The notes beneath the pieces are model-generated. The model saw only the letters and a program-made list of their open reading frames with translations. It was not told the origin of the DNA and did no database searches. A stretch of DNA of 64,000 bases from positions 10,144 through 74,143 of the forward strand of contig CAZQXK010000005.1 in assembly GCA_964597345.1 (NCBI GenBank). Reading direction: 5' to 3'. Shown in pieces: positions 39,416-50,137 of this stretch; position 1 is the first letter of the stretch; each line of letters starts with the position of its first letter. The DNA comes from an uncultured Thermodesulfobacteriota bacterium (GTDB lineage: Bacteria > Desulfobacterota > Desulfarculia > JACQYL01). A program made the position numbers and the translations under genes.

Positions 39416-40183
39416 CTATTCGCTTCGGGTTGTTCCATACATATCGAGGTAGGCATTGAACGTGTCCATGCGTCTTTGATCCAGAGGTTTCAACTCGCCG
39501 TCTATGGATATGGGTACCTTCGTTTGGAACAAGTAGTTGACTACTTCTTGGATACCGCAGATCCTGTAGACCTTGAGTTCCGTCTTGGCCTGGAAATCCG
39601 TTATGGCATCCGTGCCCTTGACGCCAAGAACAACGTTCCCTTCCTCGTCATAAACGGCGCGGGTCTGTTCCCGATCTATACCCAGAACAACCCCTTGAAC
39701 CTTCAGCTCGACCCCGTTCCTCACAGCTTCCTGATTTATCTTTTCCAAAAGCTCATACTTGGTGGCCATGGATGTTCCCACATCATCCACTATGATGATT
39801 TCCCGGTCACGGTTCAGGCAACCGTTTACAAACAAACTCCGGGAAGCGGTGGCTTCTCCGTGGTGTTTCAGCTCCTTGCGATCGTATTCGAAAAGAGCTT
39901 CTCGCTGGTGGTTCAACCAAAGGGCGCAGGCCGTTGCGCAGGCGATGGCGCTTCCTTTATAGGAAGGGCCGAGAATCACATCCGCCTTCAGGTTCAAATG
40001 AACGATCTTGTCGGCGAAATAGGTTCCGAGCAGATAGCTGAGTTTTCCCGTCCGAAAACGGCCCATGTTCACGAAGTACGGTGTGGGGCGACCGTCTTTC
40101 AGGACCAACCCTTCAAAAAAGAACAGCGCTCCACACTCGGCAAGGAGTTCGGCGAATTTCTTCTGATACGCTTCCATAGGCAA
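39416..40183 (-). CDS. Phosphoribosyltransferase-domain protein (orotate phosphoribosyltransferase-like)
   Basis: PRPP-binding motif IIIVDDVGTSMATKYE; about 52% GC versus ~60% for its neighbours; flanked by MITE copies 8 and 9. Confidence 0.65.
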   Translation of the reverse strand: MPMEAYQKKFAELLAECGALFFFEGLVLKDGRPTPYFVNMGRFRTGKLSYLLGTYFADKIVHLNLKADVILGPSYKGSAIACATACALWLNHQREALFEYDRKELKHHGEATASRSLFVNGCLNRDREIIIVDDVGTSMATKYELLEKINQEAVRNGVELKVQGVVLGIDREQTRAVYDEEGNVVLGVKGTDAITDFQAKTELKVYRICGIQEVVNYLFQTKVPISIDGELKPLDQRRMDTFNAYLDMYGTTRSE

Positions 40184-40387
40184 ATATCATCCTCTATATC
40201 CGGTTGGATCGGCGGGAAGGAGGAGCGTCTCGAAACCTTGAGACCGGGATGAGCCGGGCACGATGAACAAAACCCATCTCACGGACGGCCTCGAAGAATT
40301 CCAAGGCATATTGAAAGGTCCTTTCACGGTGGCAACGATTGCGGGGTAAGCCTCGTCCCGGAGTGTTTCCCGGGGATACGCAGGGTC

Positions 40388-40529
40388 TAACAGGCTGTGG
40401 AAAAACGCGATCTGCTGTGTTGCGCTCCCGGCGTACAGTATGTACGCCTCATTCCTCAGGATTCGCCCGCCTTGGATCTCATCGTTTTACACCGGCCTTT
40501 CCGTAATACTGTGTATCAACGGGCTGTTA
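40388..40529 (+). mobile_element. MITE-like repeat copy 9 (lacks hairpin 1)
   Basis: TA|ACAGGCTGTGGAAAAACGCGATCTGC...GGCGTACAGTATGTACGCC...TGTATCAACGGGCTGT|TA. Confidence 0.85.
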
Positions 40530-41006
40530 AACGTGCCGCGCACGCCGCACCGCTGTCCTGCGCCGTGAAGTGGGAAGGTTCTACGGGACTATCGCCGAAC
40601 TTGTCAAGTGGAATATGGCCGCAGCCTGTAAGGCTTGCCAAGCGGGATTATCTGCGGTATTTCTATCCCGGCGGTTGTTTGTTCAGACTATTCCACGCGT
40701 TCAATCCTGGTACAGCCGGAAGCCTCCCAACTACAAAGGTTCCGATGTCTGCGCCGGACATACTTCCTCGGAGGATCGTCCGCAAGTCCGTTGCATGTCA
40801 CGGAATCCCGGATGGGTTGGACCTGGAGTATGTTCCGGCTGTTGCGCCCGCGGGGCCATGGGATGCACCCGGAAGGCCGGAGAAAGGCGCGATCTGCGGT
40901 GTTGACTTTTCGCTTGGTTTCAGCTGCGTATTCCGTGGAGGTGTCGTCCCGTGATTGACGCATTTCAAGAAGCATCGACCTGGACAACGCGCCGGCAAGT
41001 CGGGTC

Positions 41007-41162
41007 TATCAGGCTTTTGAAAAACGCGATATGCGGCATTGGGCTTTATCCTTCGTCATTGCGGCGTACTGTAGGTACGCCTCATTCCTCAGGATTCGCC
41101 CGCCTTGCATCTCATCGTTTCGCACCGCCCTGCCCTTAATAAGGTTTATCAACGGGCTGCCA
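41007..41162 (+). mobile_element. MITE-like repeat copy 10; ends ~53 bp upstream of the enoyl-CoA hydratase ATG
   Basis: TA|TCAGGCTTTTGAAAAACGCGATATGC...GGCGTACTGTAGGTACGCC...GGTTTATCAACGGGCTGC. Confidence 0.8.
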
Positions 41163-41215
41163 GAGTGGGCGGCGGCGATTTTTTGATGAGGCGGATAGAA
41201 AGCAGGAGACAGGAG

Positions 41216-42025
41216 ATGACATATTCAACTGTGGAATACTCGATAACCCATCGAGTGGGCATTCTGAAGCTGAACCGGCCGGAGCGCATGAACGCGGTAA
41301 TCGAAAAGATGTACCTGGAAATTCAGGATATCGTGAGCCGAGCCGCCGAGGATACGGAGGTGCGCTCCATGATTTTGACGGGTTCCGAATTCAAACGGGG
41401 GGATGTGGTCAAACAGGCGTTCTGTGCGGGCGCGGATCTCAAAAAGCATTCCAGCGGCCAACGAAGTCCTGCCGAGCAGAGATCCTATATATTGTTGGCC
41501 CATGAAACCACTCGCAGGTTGTACGAGTTTCCCAAGCCTGTCATCGCGGCCGTCAACGGTCCCGCTCGGGGGGCGGGAGCAGAAATGGCTCTCAGCTGCG
41601 ACTTCATCTTTATGGCGGAAACGGCTACCCTGGCGTTTCCCGAAACGGGATTGGGCACCTTCGTGGGGGGAGGTGTGACTTCCATTCTTCCCGCCATCGT
41701 AGGAATCACCGTGGCCAAAGAGCTCATTTATACGGGCCGCGTGGTGGACGGGAAAGCCGCAGCTCGTATGGGCTTGGCATTGAGATGTACGCCGTTGGAG
41801 CGTCTCCTCGAGGAATGTCTGGCGTTTGCCGGAGAACTCGCGGAGAAAGCGCCCCTCTCCCTCCGATTGGCCAAGAAGCGGTTGCAGGGCTCGTCCCGTC
41901 TGGATCTGGAGACCGTACTGCTCCTGGAAGCGGAAGACATCCTGTCCTGCATGCGAACTGAGGACTGGCTCGAAGGGAACCGAAGTTTTTCCGAAAAACG
42001 CAAACCCATTTTCACAGGCAAATAG
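41216..42025 (+). CDS. Enoyl-CoA hydratase/isomerase family protein
   Basis: Crotonase fold motifs (FCAGADL, AAVNGPARGAGAEMAL); AGGAG RBS; the upstream ATG lying inside the MITE is rejected. Confidence 0.8.
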   Translation: MTYSTVEYSITHRVGILKLNRPERMNAVIEKMYLEIQDIVSRAAEDTEVRSMILTGSEFKRGDVVKQAFCAGADLKKHSSGQRSPAEQRSYILLAHETTRRLYEFPKPVIAAVNGPARGAGAEMALSCDFIFMAETATLAFPETGLGTFVGGGVTSILPAIVGITVAKELIYTGRVVDGKAAARMGLALRCTPLERLLEECLAFAGELAEKAPLSLRLAKKRLQGSSRLDLETVLLLEAEDILSCMRTEDWLEGNRSFSEKRKPIFTGK

Positions 42026-42039
42026 AACGGGGAATACCG

Positions 42040-44184
42040 ATGGATCTTCAACGGGTACTGAACGCCGATTCCGTGGCCATTATCGGCGCGTCAAGAGACG
42101 AAAAGAAACGAGGGTATCAGGCCATCAAAACACTCCTGCAGGAAAAGTACGAAGGCAGGATTTTTCCTGTAAATCCCAAGGAAGAAAGCATCCTGGGATT
42201 GAAATGTTATAAGAGCGTTCTGGATATCAAAGAATCCGTGGATCTGGCTTTGATCACCACGCCCGCTCAAACGGTTCCGGCCATACTGGAAGACTGCGGT
42301 AAGATCGAAGTGGCGGGTGTCGTTGTCATCGCCGGCGGTTTCGGAGAGATCGGGGAAAAGGGTAGGAAACTCCAGAGTGAAATTGTCCAGACGGCCATGC
42401 GACATCACATTCGGATCATCGGACCCAACACCAACGGAATGATCAATTTGAACAAAAACCTGAATCTGGTGGGGCTGGGTGATGTTCCGAAGGGAGATAT
42501 AGCCCTGATTTCGCAGAGCGGGAACATGGCGCTTCATGTCATCACCGAAGCCAAGCTGAAAAGCCGGAAGGGATTCAGTTACTATGTGGGCGTCGGGAAC
42601 GAAGCCGACGTCAAGTTTCATGAATACCTGGAGTTTTTCCGGAATGATCCCGGAACGAAGGCCATCGTGATGTATGTGGAGGGGATGAAGGACGGGAGAA
42701 GGTTTCTCCAGCAGGCCTACAATACCACCAAGGAAAAGCCGGTGGTTCTGCTGAAGAGCGGTCGAACCTCCAAGGGGAAAGCCAGTGCGGGCTCCCACAC
42801 CGGAGCATTGGCCGGTATTTCCGAAGTAGCCAAGACAGCGTTCATGCGCGCGGGAATCATCGGCGTAGAGAACTCGGACGAGTTGTTTCCGGCTGCGGAA
42901 ACGCTTTCAAGCCTGCCACCGCTGAAGAATCGCAGGGTGGCCATTCTGGCGGATGGAGGGGGGCATGCCACCATCGCGGCGGATTTGCTCACGGATTACG
43001 ATCTCGAAATCCCCAAGTTGGGGCGCGCCACAAGGAACAGACTTCGAACCGTCCTGCCCTGGAATGCGGCGTTGACAAATCCCATCGACGTGGCCGGGGG
43101 TACGGACGCAAACCCGGCGGTGTTTGCGGATTGTGCGCGCATTCTTTTGGAAGATGAACACATCGACGGATTGCTCATCGTGGGGTTGTTCGGTGGTTAT
43201 GGTATTCGGTTTGCGGAGATGCTCCGGTTCAATGAGGAGGATGCGGCACACCAGATGGGAAAACTTGTTAAGGCGACCGGGAAACCCATCCTGGTGCACA
43301 GCCTGTACAATTACGCCAAGCCCCATTCCCTGGAACTGCTCAGGTATTACAATATCCCGGTATATGATTCCCTGGATATTGCGTGCAAATGTATAGCCGT
43401 GCTGTATCAATACGGGCACTACCTGCACGCCTATCCCAAGAAAACCAATTTTGTCTTCAATTGGGGCGCCAAGGCTCATAAGGAATGCGAAACTATAATC
43501 AAACAGGCGCTGGCGGAAAAGCGCACGGCTTTGTTCGAGCACGAAGCCAAAGAGCTGTTAAGAATGCACGGGGCTCCGGTGACGGCGGACCGACTGGCCG
43601 TCACGGCGGACGAGGCCGTAGGATTTGCAAAGGAGGCGGGGGGGCCTGTTGCGTTGAAGATCGTTTCCCCGCAGATCCTTCACAAGAGCGATGCGGGAGG
43701 CGTGAAGCTGGGATTGGGGACCGAAGAGGAAATCCGCAGCGCTTTCGAGGAGATTGTGGAAAACGCCCGCAGGTACAACGCCAAAGCGGATCTGAGAGGA
43801 TGTATCGTGTCGCCCATGACGGGTGAAGGTACCGAGATCATTATCGGGACCAAGATCGATGAGCAGTTCGGGCCCGTGGTTATGTTCGGGTTGGGAGGCA
43901 TCCTGGTGGAAGTGGTGAAAGACGTTTCCTTCCGTGTCCTTCCCTTGTCGAGAAACGCAGCCGCCAAGATGATCGCCGAGATCAAGTCGGCGCCCATTCT
44001 GAACGGCGTTCGAGGCATGCCTCCGGTTGACAAGAGAGCCATAGTGAACCTCCTTCTTACGGTTTCCGAACTTGTGGAGGCCTACCCCCAGGTTCACGAA
44101 ATGGATTTAAACCCGGTCATCGCCCACAAACACGGGATTACCATCGTGGATGCCCGAATGATTCTCAAGAGAGGGCATAGATGA
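42040..44184 (+). CDS. Acetate--CoA ligase (ADP-forming), fused alpha+beta (CoA-binding + ATP-grasp)
   Basis: N-terminal SVAIIGAS CoA-binding domain, succinyl-CoA-synthetase-like flavodoxin domain, C-terminal ATP-grasp; 714 aa. Confidence 0.85.
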   Translation: MDLQRVLNADSVAIIGASRDEKKRGYQAIKTLLQEKYEGRIFPVNPKEESILGLKCYKSVLDIKESVDLALITTPAQTVPAILEDCGKIEVAGVVVIAGGFGEIGEKGRKLQSEIVQTAMRHHIRIIGPNTNGMINLNKNLNLVGLGDVPKGDIALISQSGNMALHVITEAKLKSRKGFSYYVGVGNEADVKFHEYLEFFRNDPGTKAIVMYVEGMKDGRRFLQQAYNTTKEKPVVLLKSGRTSKGKASAGSHTGALAGISEVAKTAFMRAGIIGVENSDELFPAAETLSSLPPLKNRRVAILADGGGHATIAADLLTDYDLEIPKLGRATRNRLRTVLPWNAALTNPIDVAGGTDANPAVFADCARILLEDEHIDGLLIVGLFGGYGIRFAEMLRFNEEDAAHQMGKLVKATGKPILVHSLYNYAKPHSLELLRYYNIPVYDSLDIACKCIAVLYQYGHYLHAYPKKTNFVFNWGAKAHKECETIIKQALAEKRTALFEHEAKELLRMHGAPVTADRLAVTADEAVGFAKEAGGPVALKIVSPQILHKSDAGGVKLGLGTEEEIRSAFEEIVENARRYNAKADLRGCIVSPMTGEGTEIIIGTKIDEQFGPVVMFGLGGILVEVVKDVSFRVLPLSRNAAAKMIAEIKSAPILNGVRGMPPVDKRAIVNLLLTVSELVEAYPQVHEMDLNPVIAHKHGITIVDARMILKRGHR

Positions 44185-44593
44185 ACCATTCGTAATGCCG
44201 TAGCGACACGTTCGGGATGAGGAATAAGGCTTTTTCGTCGAGAGTCCCCTCACCGGGCTGTCGAAAATTACGAATCTTGATCCGAGGTCTTATCTTTTTT
44301 CCCCACTCTGATGCCGCTATCCGTACCGCACTTGCCTACGATTCGCGTATCCGGTAGATGATCGTGCTTATGGCCCGCCCGAACACATGAACGTTTTCCA
44401 GGGGGCCGCCGAATTTTAGCGGCCTTCATTTATGGGTTGCGTTCAGTATTGTGTTTTGGCACTATAAGGTTACCCTGTCGGATTGATGAAATACGTTTTT
44501 TCATCCCGATGGGGTAGGGTCACAGGGGCAGAGGGGCCGCACTAACATACTGCGGTGGTATTTCACGTCTTGATCCAACAGAAAGGAGCAGGT

Positions 44594-45826
44594 ATGCGTA
44601 GTCGTTTTTGGTTGACTATGGCTGTGGCTTGTCTTTTGGCGCTGGCGATTCCAGCCGCCGCTCAAGACACCTGGAAGATCGGCGCTCCTCAGCCCATGAC
44701 GGGGCCGGATGCGCCCTTCGGTGACAAGTTCAAAAAAGCATACGCCCTTGCAGTGGAGGAGATCAACGCCGCCGGTGGGATTCACGGCAAAATGATCGAG
44801 GTCGTGATCGAAGACCACCAGGCCAAAAATCACCTGGCGGCGACGGTAACGGAAAAACTCATTAATCAATATAAAGTGCTGATACTCACCGGTGGTCGAG
44901 CCTCCGGGCAAGCGGTGGAGATTGCTTCCGTGGCCCAGCGGCTCAAATGCCCGTACCTGGTGGATCATCCATCCGCAGACATCATTACCGCGAAGGGCTT
45001 CGAGTGGATCTTCCGGAACAATCCCACCGGCACCATCTATCCACAGGCTTTCAACAGGTTCATCACTGAAATTCCCGGCGCCATGCCCAAGTCGGCGGCG
45101 GTCGTTTATGATAATACCGTGTTCGGCAAGAGTATTGCCAATTCGGCCATGTCCTTTCTCAAATCCAAGAATGTACCTATCGTGAATGACGAGGCGTATT
45201 CGGTGAATACACTGGATTTCAAGCCCATCATGACCAAGGTCAAAGCGAACAAACCCGATTTTCTACTCATGGTGGCGGTTTCGACCACGGACGCCATCCT
45301 GATGACCCGCCATGCCAAAGAAATCGGAATTACTCCACGGGCTTTTGTGGGATTCGGTGGGGGCTTTGGGGTTGCGGATTTCACCACGGAGTTGGGTCCT
45401 CTTTCGCAGCATGTTTTTTCCTCAGCGGCTTGGTCCGGTAATCCCAACGATCCCGATACCCGAGCTTTTTACGACAAGTTCTATAAGACGTACGGTTTCT
45501 ATCCCAAAGAGCATGAGGTGGAGGGATACGCGGCCATTTACATCATCGCCGATGCGCTCAAGCGGGCTAACCTTACCGGTAACCTGGAGGAGGACCGAAA
45601 CGCGGTGCGGGAGGCCTTGCTGGGTACTGATATGGTTACCGTTTTCGGCAAGGTGAAGTTTGGAAACTGGGAGGGTCCTCTGGGGGACAAATACACCAAT
45701 CAGAATATCTACTCGCCGGAGCATTCCGTACTGGCCCAGTGGCTGGGCGGAAAGCTGCTCAACGTTTGGCCCAAAGATAACGCCGAGGTTGATTACGTGT
45801 TTCCCGATCCCGGTATGACCCGGTAG
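44594..45826 (+). CDS. ABC transporter substrate-binding protein (branched-chain amino acid / LivK family) with signal peptide
   Basis: Signal peptide LLALAIPAAAQ; periplasmic binding protein type I fold similarity; AAAGGAG RBS. Confidence 0.85.
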   Translation: MRSRFWLTMAVACLLALAIPAAAQDTWKIGAPQPMTGPDAPFGDKFKKAYALAVEEINAAGGIHGKMIEVVIEDHQAKNHLAATVTEKLINQYKVLILTGGRASGQAVEIASVAQRLKCPYLVDHPSADIITAKGFEWIFRNNPTGTIYPQAFNRFITEIPGAMPKSAAVVYDNTVFGKSIANSAMSFLKSKNVPIVNDEAYSVNTLDFKPIMTKVKANKPDFLLMVAVSTTDAILMTRHAKEIGITPRAFVGFGGGFGVADFTTELGPLSQHVFSSAAWSGNPNDPDTRAFYDKFYKTYGFYPKEHEVEGYAAIYIIADALKRANLTGNLEEDRNAVREALLGTDMVTVFGKVKFGNWEGPLGDKYTNQNIYSPEHSVLAQWLGGKLLNVWPKDNAEVDYVFPDPGMTR

Positions 45827-45908
45827 AGTACTTCGCAGGGAACGGGAGACGGAAAGCCGACGGGACTTCGTGCCGCCACACCGATTAGGAAGCGGAAAGA
45901 GGTTCGGG

Positions 45909-46775
45909 ATGGAAACTTTTGTTCAGAGTCTGGTTAATGGAGTGCTCACGGGTTCACTCTATGCCATGATCGGTGTGGGGCTCACTATCATCTTCGGGGT
46001 CATGCGCATTATCAACATGGCTCACGGAGATATGGTTATGCTGGGTATGTACGGCGCCTTCTGGGCTTTCACGCTTTGGCGGATCGATCCTTTCCTGTCC
46101 ATCGTTGTCTGGGTGCCGGCGGCTTTTCTGGGGGGAATGATTGTTTTTCGTTTTCTGCTCAAGAAGATCGTGCCCGCCGGTGAGTTGAACACGCTGCTCT
46201 ATACCGCCGGGCTTTCCCTCTTTCTGGCCAACCTGGCGCTGCTCACCTGGAGCGGGGACTACCGCACTATCAAACTACCCTATGCCCTCATGCCCCTTAG
46301 ACCCATGGGTATCGCGGTACCTATTCCTCTGGCGGTGGCTTTTGGAATGGCCATTTTGATTACGGCGTTGTTGTATTGGTTCCTGTCGCGCACCCCCACC
46401 GGCAGGGCCCTCAGGGCCACGGCTCAGGAACCGGAGGCGGCGGCTTTGATGGGCATTAATGTCGGCTACATGAACGTCCTTACCTTCGGTTTGGGTACGG
46501 CTCTTGCCTGCGGAGCGGGTGTGCTGCTTGCCCCTTCGTTGTATCTCTATCCCACCGTGGGCCAAATCCTGGTGGCTAAGTGCTTCGTAATCGTCGTACT
46601 TGGAGGCCTGGGGTCGGTGCCGGGGGCCATCGCAGGAGGGATTCTGCTGGGAGTGGTGGAATCCTTTGGGGCGGTTTATGTGTCCGTACCGTACAAGGAC
46701 GCCATCGGGTTTATAATCTTTCTTCTGGTGCTGTTATTCAAACCGTCCGGCCTCTTTGGGGTGGGCAAATCATGA
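45909..46775 (+). CDS. livH: Branched-chain amino acid ABC transporter permease LivH-like
   Basis: LivH/BPD_transp_2 family similarity; multiple transmembrane segments. Confidence 0.85.
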   Translation: METFVQSLVNGVLTGSLYAMIGVGLTIIFGVMRIINMAHGDMVMLGMYGAFWAFTLWRIDPFLSIVVWVPAAFLGGMIVFRFLLKKIVPAGELNTLLYTAGLSLFLANLALLTWSGDYRTIKLPYALMPLRPMGIAVPIPLAVAFGMAILITALLYWFLSRTPTGRALRATAQEPEAAALMGINVGYMNVLTFGLGTALACGAGVLLAPSLYLYPTVGQILVAKCFVIVVLGGLGSVPGAIAGGILLGVVESFGAVYVSVPYKDAIGFIIFLLVLLFKPSGLFGVGKS

Positions 46776-47716
46776 AGAAGTTTCTAGTGGTTGCCGCTTT
46801 CTTCGTCTTGGCCCTGGCCCCCTGGATGGTCCGGGATCCTTTTTTTATTCATTTGATGATCGAAGTGCTCGTATGGACGGTGCTCGGTGCTTCCTGGAAT
46901 ATATTGGGCGGATTTGCGGGTCAGGTTTCCTTCGGGCATGCGGCGTTCATGGGAACCGGAGCTTACACCACCATGATCCTCTACTTGGATCTGGGTGTGC
47001 CTCCCTGGTATGGAATCCTTTTGGGGGGGCTGGCGGCGTCTCTGATCTCTCTGCCTATAGGCTTCATTTGCTTCCGGCTTCGAGGACCCTATTTCGCGCT
47101 CTCTACCTTGGCCGTGGCCGAGATCATCCGTTTGGTGGCCCTCAATTGGGAGAGCCTTACCGCCGGGCCGGTGGGACTCCTCATCACCACGCTGCCGCCC
47201 GTCACGTTCCGTGGGGAATCGCTGAATTGGGAAAGCAAGATCCCCTTCTTCTATATTGTGCTGGTGATTGCGATGGGCGCTTTGGGCGCCACCCAATTTC
47301 TGGCTCGATCCAGGCTGGGGGCCTATCTCTTGGCTCTTCGTGACGATATCGACAGCGCTGAAGCCATCGGTATCAACACGGTGCAAGCCCGAGTGGCGGG
47401 GCTGTTCCTGTCGGCTTTCCTCGCCGGAGTGGCAGGGGGCTTTTACGCCTGGTACCTTCGTTACATAGACCCGGACTCCGTGTTTTCCATCGCCCTTTCG
47501 GTGGAAATGGTCTTCATCGCGGTGGTGGGTGGTTTGACCACGGTGGCGGGTCCTCTGGTGGGAGCGGTGTTCCTGGTATCCGTAGCCGAAACGTTCCGCG
47601 AGCACTTCCTGGTGGGGCACTTGATCTTTTATGGATTGTTCATGATGATCGCTATCCGTTTCATGCCGGAAGGCATCTGGGGGCGGCTGCGTTTGAAACG
47701 GAGAATCGGAAGCTGA
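46772..47716 (+). CDS. livM: Branched-chain amino acid ABC transporter permease LivM-like
   Basis: Start overlaps the livH stop (ATGA); LivM family transmembrane pattern. Confidence 0.85.
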   Translation: MKKFLVVAAFFVLALAPWMVRDPFFIHLMIEVLVWTVLGASWNILGGFAGQVSFGHAAFMGTGAYTTMILYLDLGVPPWYGILLGGLAASLISLPIGFICFRLRGPYFALSTLAVAEIIRLVALNWESLTAGPVGLLITTLPPVTFRGESLNWESKIPFFYIVLVIAMGALGATQFLARSRLGAYLLALRDDIDSAEAIGINTVQARVAGLFLSAFLAGVAGGFYAWYLRYIDPDSVFSIALSVEMVFIAVVGGLTTVAGPLVGAVFLVSVAETFREHFLVGHLIFYGLFMMIAIRFMPEGIWGRLRLKRRIGS

Positions 47717-47825
47717 ATTCGGAGGCGGGTGAGGGGGTTTTTCGCGGTACGCGCCGAGCTCTTCCCTTGGCGGTTCCGGGAATTCAGATGCGGGCTTGCC
47801 GGTCTGTGATGAGGGGGTCCGGAGG

Positions 47826-48560
47826 ATGGCTTTGCTGGAGGTGAGAGAACTCACGAAGGACTTCGGTGGCCTGCGGGCTGTCAACGATCTTTCCTTTGTA
47901 CTGGAAGCCGGCGAGATCCTGGGACTTATCGGCCCCAACGGCGCCGGGAAGACGACCGTGTTCAATCTGATCGCGGGCTTCCTCAATCCTAACCGAGGGA
48001 AGGTGCTGTTCAAAGGACAGGACTTGGTGGGACTAAAGCCTTACGCGGTAACGCGCCGAGGGGTGGCCCGCACCTTTCAGATTGTGAAGCCCTTTCGTAA
48101 ACTGAGCGTTTTGGAGAACGTGACTCTTGCCGCCTTTCTGCGCCACCGCAAGCGTAAGGATGCCGAGGCGGAGGGCCAGGGGGTTTTGGAGCAAGTGCGC
48201 CTCGACGGTAAGCGGACCTCCCTGGCGGAGGACCTCACTCTGGGTGAGCAGAAACGGCTCGAAATTGCACGAGCGCTGGCTACAAAGCCGGAGCTGCTCC
48301 TTCTGGACGAGCCGATGGGGGGGCTCAATCCTACCGAAATCGACCAAGCCGCCGCCATGGTACGGGACATCTGCCGGGAAGGCGTGACCATCATCTGGGT
48401 GGAACACGTTCTCAAAGCCATCATGAACTCGTCTCACCGGGTGGTGGTTATTCATCATGGCGTGAAGATCGCCGATGCGCCGCCGGCGGAAGTTGTTAAG
48501 AATCCGGAGGTGGTGGCGGCCTATCTTGGGAGCAAAGCCGAAAGCTATGTTGCGGATTGA
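47826..48560 (+). CDS. livG: ABC transporter ATP-binding protein LivG-like
   Basis: Walker A GPNGAGKTT, signature LTLGEQKRLEIARAL, Walker B LLLDEP. Confidence 0.85.
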   Translation: MALLEVRELTKDFGGLRAVNDLSFVLEAGEILGLIGPNGAGKTTVFNLIAGFLNPNRGKVLFKGQDLVGLKPYAVTRRGVARTFQIVKPFRKLSVLENVTLAAFLRHRKRKDAEAEGQGVLEQVRLDGKRTSLAEDLTLGEQKRLEIARALATKPELLLLDEPMGGLNPTEIDQAAAMVRDICREGVTIIWVEHVLKAIMNSSHRVVVIHHGVKIADAPPAEVVKNPEVVAAYLGSKAESYVAD

Positions 48561-49248
48561 CGATCTCCAGGTGTTTTACGGCAATGTGCAGGCCTTGTGG
48601 GGGGTTGCCTTTGATGTGGTCCAAGGCGAGTTGGTGGCCTTGGTGGGCGCCAACGGCGCGGGTAAAACCACGCTGCTCAAAACCATTTCAGGGTTGCTTC
48701 GCCCCAGGACCGGCTCCATCGTCTTTGAAAATCGACATATGGAAACGGCCACCCCCCGAGAGATCGTGATGCGTGGCATCGTGCAGGTTCCAGAGGGTCG
48801 TAAGCTCTTTCCCGAAATGACGGTTCGAGAGAATCTGCTGTTGGGAGCGTTTACTAGGCCGTCTGCGGAACATGAAGCCAAGCTGGAAAAGGTCTTCTCC
48901 GTTTTCCCACGTCTCAGGGAACGGGCAAAACAAGAGGGGGGTACTCTTTCCGGAGGTGAGCAGCAGATGGTGGCCATCGGCCGGGGACTCATGTCCGAAC
49001 CCCGTCTTCTGATGCTGGACGAGCCTTCGTTGGGCCTGGCCCCGTTAGTGGTGGAGGAAATGTTCCGTGTGGTAGCGGAAATCAACCGCATGGGAGTCAC
49101 CGTATTGCTGGTGGAGCAGAACACACATCTCGCACTGTCCCTGGCCGCCCGGGGACTGGTCATGGAATTGGGGAAAATCGTCCTCAGCGGCACCGGTGAC
49201 GACCTCCTGGCCGATCCCCAGGTCCGCAAAGCCTATCTCGGCCTGTGA
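48547..49248 (+). CDS. livF: ABC transporter ATP-binding protein LivF-like
   Basis: Walker A GANGAGKTT, LSGGEQQMVAIGRGL, LMLDEP; overlaps the livG end. Confidence 0.85.
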   Translation: MLRIDDLQVFYGNVQALWGVAFDVVQGELVALVGANGAGKTTLLKTISGLLRPRTGSIVFENRHMETATPREIVMRGIVQVPEGRKLFPEMTVRENLLLGAFTRPSAEHEAKLEKVFSVFPRLRERAKQEGGTLSGGEQQMVAIGRGLMSEPRLLMLDEPSLGLAPLVVEEMFRVVAEINRMGVTVLLVEQNTHLALSLAARGLVMELGKIVLSGTGDDLLADPQVRKAYLGL

Positions 49249-50074
49249 TGGGCTGTTTGTGGGCCGGACCTGCGTGTACCCCGCCTTGCGTATCCTCCTC
49301 CGAATAGAGGGGGGAACTGTCGGCCCGCGAAGCCCCGTCGAACGGTCCACGCGGTTTGCGTTCCCAACGCTTGGACCACCTGTAAATGTGATCTCTTATG
49401 AGATAGGCAGGTCCCATGAAAGCCAGTGACAGCACCGTGATCAGAATGACCTGGAGGTATTTTTCCGAATAGAGATTGGCCCCTTGCAGGGAAAGAATCA
49501 GGGTGCCCGGAATGCGTCCCACCGCGGCGGTGATGAGCAGCAGGCGCAGGGGAAGCCGGCTCATCCCCAGTACCAGGCACAGGTAATCCTTGGGAAAACC
49601 GGGAATGACGAAGAGCAGAAAAATCAGGAAAATCGCTTTGACACGGAGGAGGAAATCAAAGCGTTGAAGTAAGGCGGGAGGCAGGAAACGTTCCACGATC
49701 CGTCGTCCCAAGTACCGTCCGATGATCAGGTTTACAAAGGATCCGATGGTGAGACCCGCGGTGGAGTACAGAAAGCCGGGGGCGAAGCCGAAAATGAATC
49801 CACCCAGGAATCCGGTGGCTTCTCCAGGGATCGGAGCGAGCACCACCTGGAGAATCTGGAGACCCATGAAGACCAGTGGAGCCCACTGTCCCCAAGAAAG
49901 CACGTATGCCTTGAACTCCTTGGGTCGTTTCATCGCCGGATCCACCAAGTCGTAGATCTGGGAGTGAAAGCGCACCAACAGAACGGCGCAAAGGCCCAGT
50001 CCGACAAGAACGGCGGCAAGGTACATCCAGGGATTGTTGAGGAATTTGGCCGATCGTTCCCGTTCCTCGTTCAT
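49184..50074 (-). CDS. DedA/TVP38 (SNARE-associated) family membrane protein
   Basis: VLAPIPGEATGFLGGFIFG and GRYLGR DedA motifs; start at MNEER; the upstream N-terminal extension is MITE-derived. Confidence 0.75.
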   Translation of the reverse strand: MNEERERSAKFLNNPWMYLAAVLVGLGLCAVLLVRFHSQIYDLVDPAMKRPKEFKAYVLSWGQWAPLVFMGLQILQVVLAPIPGEATGFLGGFIFGFAPGFLYSTAGLTIGSFVNLIIGRYLGRRIVERFLPPALLQRFDFLLRVKAIFLIFLLFVIPGFPKDYLCLVLGMSRLPLRLLLITAAVGRIPGTLILSLQGANLYSEKYLQVILITVLSLAFMGPAYLIRDHIYRWSKRWERKPRGPFDGASRADSSPLYSEEDTQGGVHAGPAHKQPITGRDRLCGPGDRPGGRHRCR

Positions 50075-50137
50075 ATCCGTTTCCCGGCAAAAACGTTCCC
50101 TATCATCCGTTCTCACGTTCTCCGAGTTTCCCTGATT

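Noticed and set aside
44455-44480. TGGCAC motif upstream of the livK-like gene as a sigma54 promoter
   Set aside because: The -12 element is GGTTA rather than TTGC(A/T) at the required spacing, so it does not match the TGGCAC-N5-TTGCW consensus.
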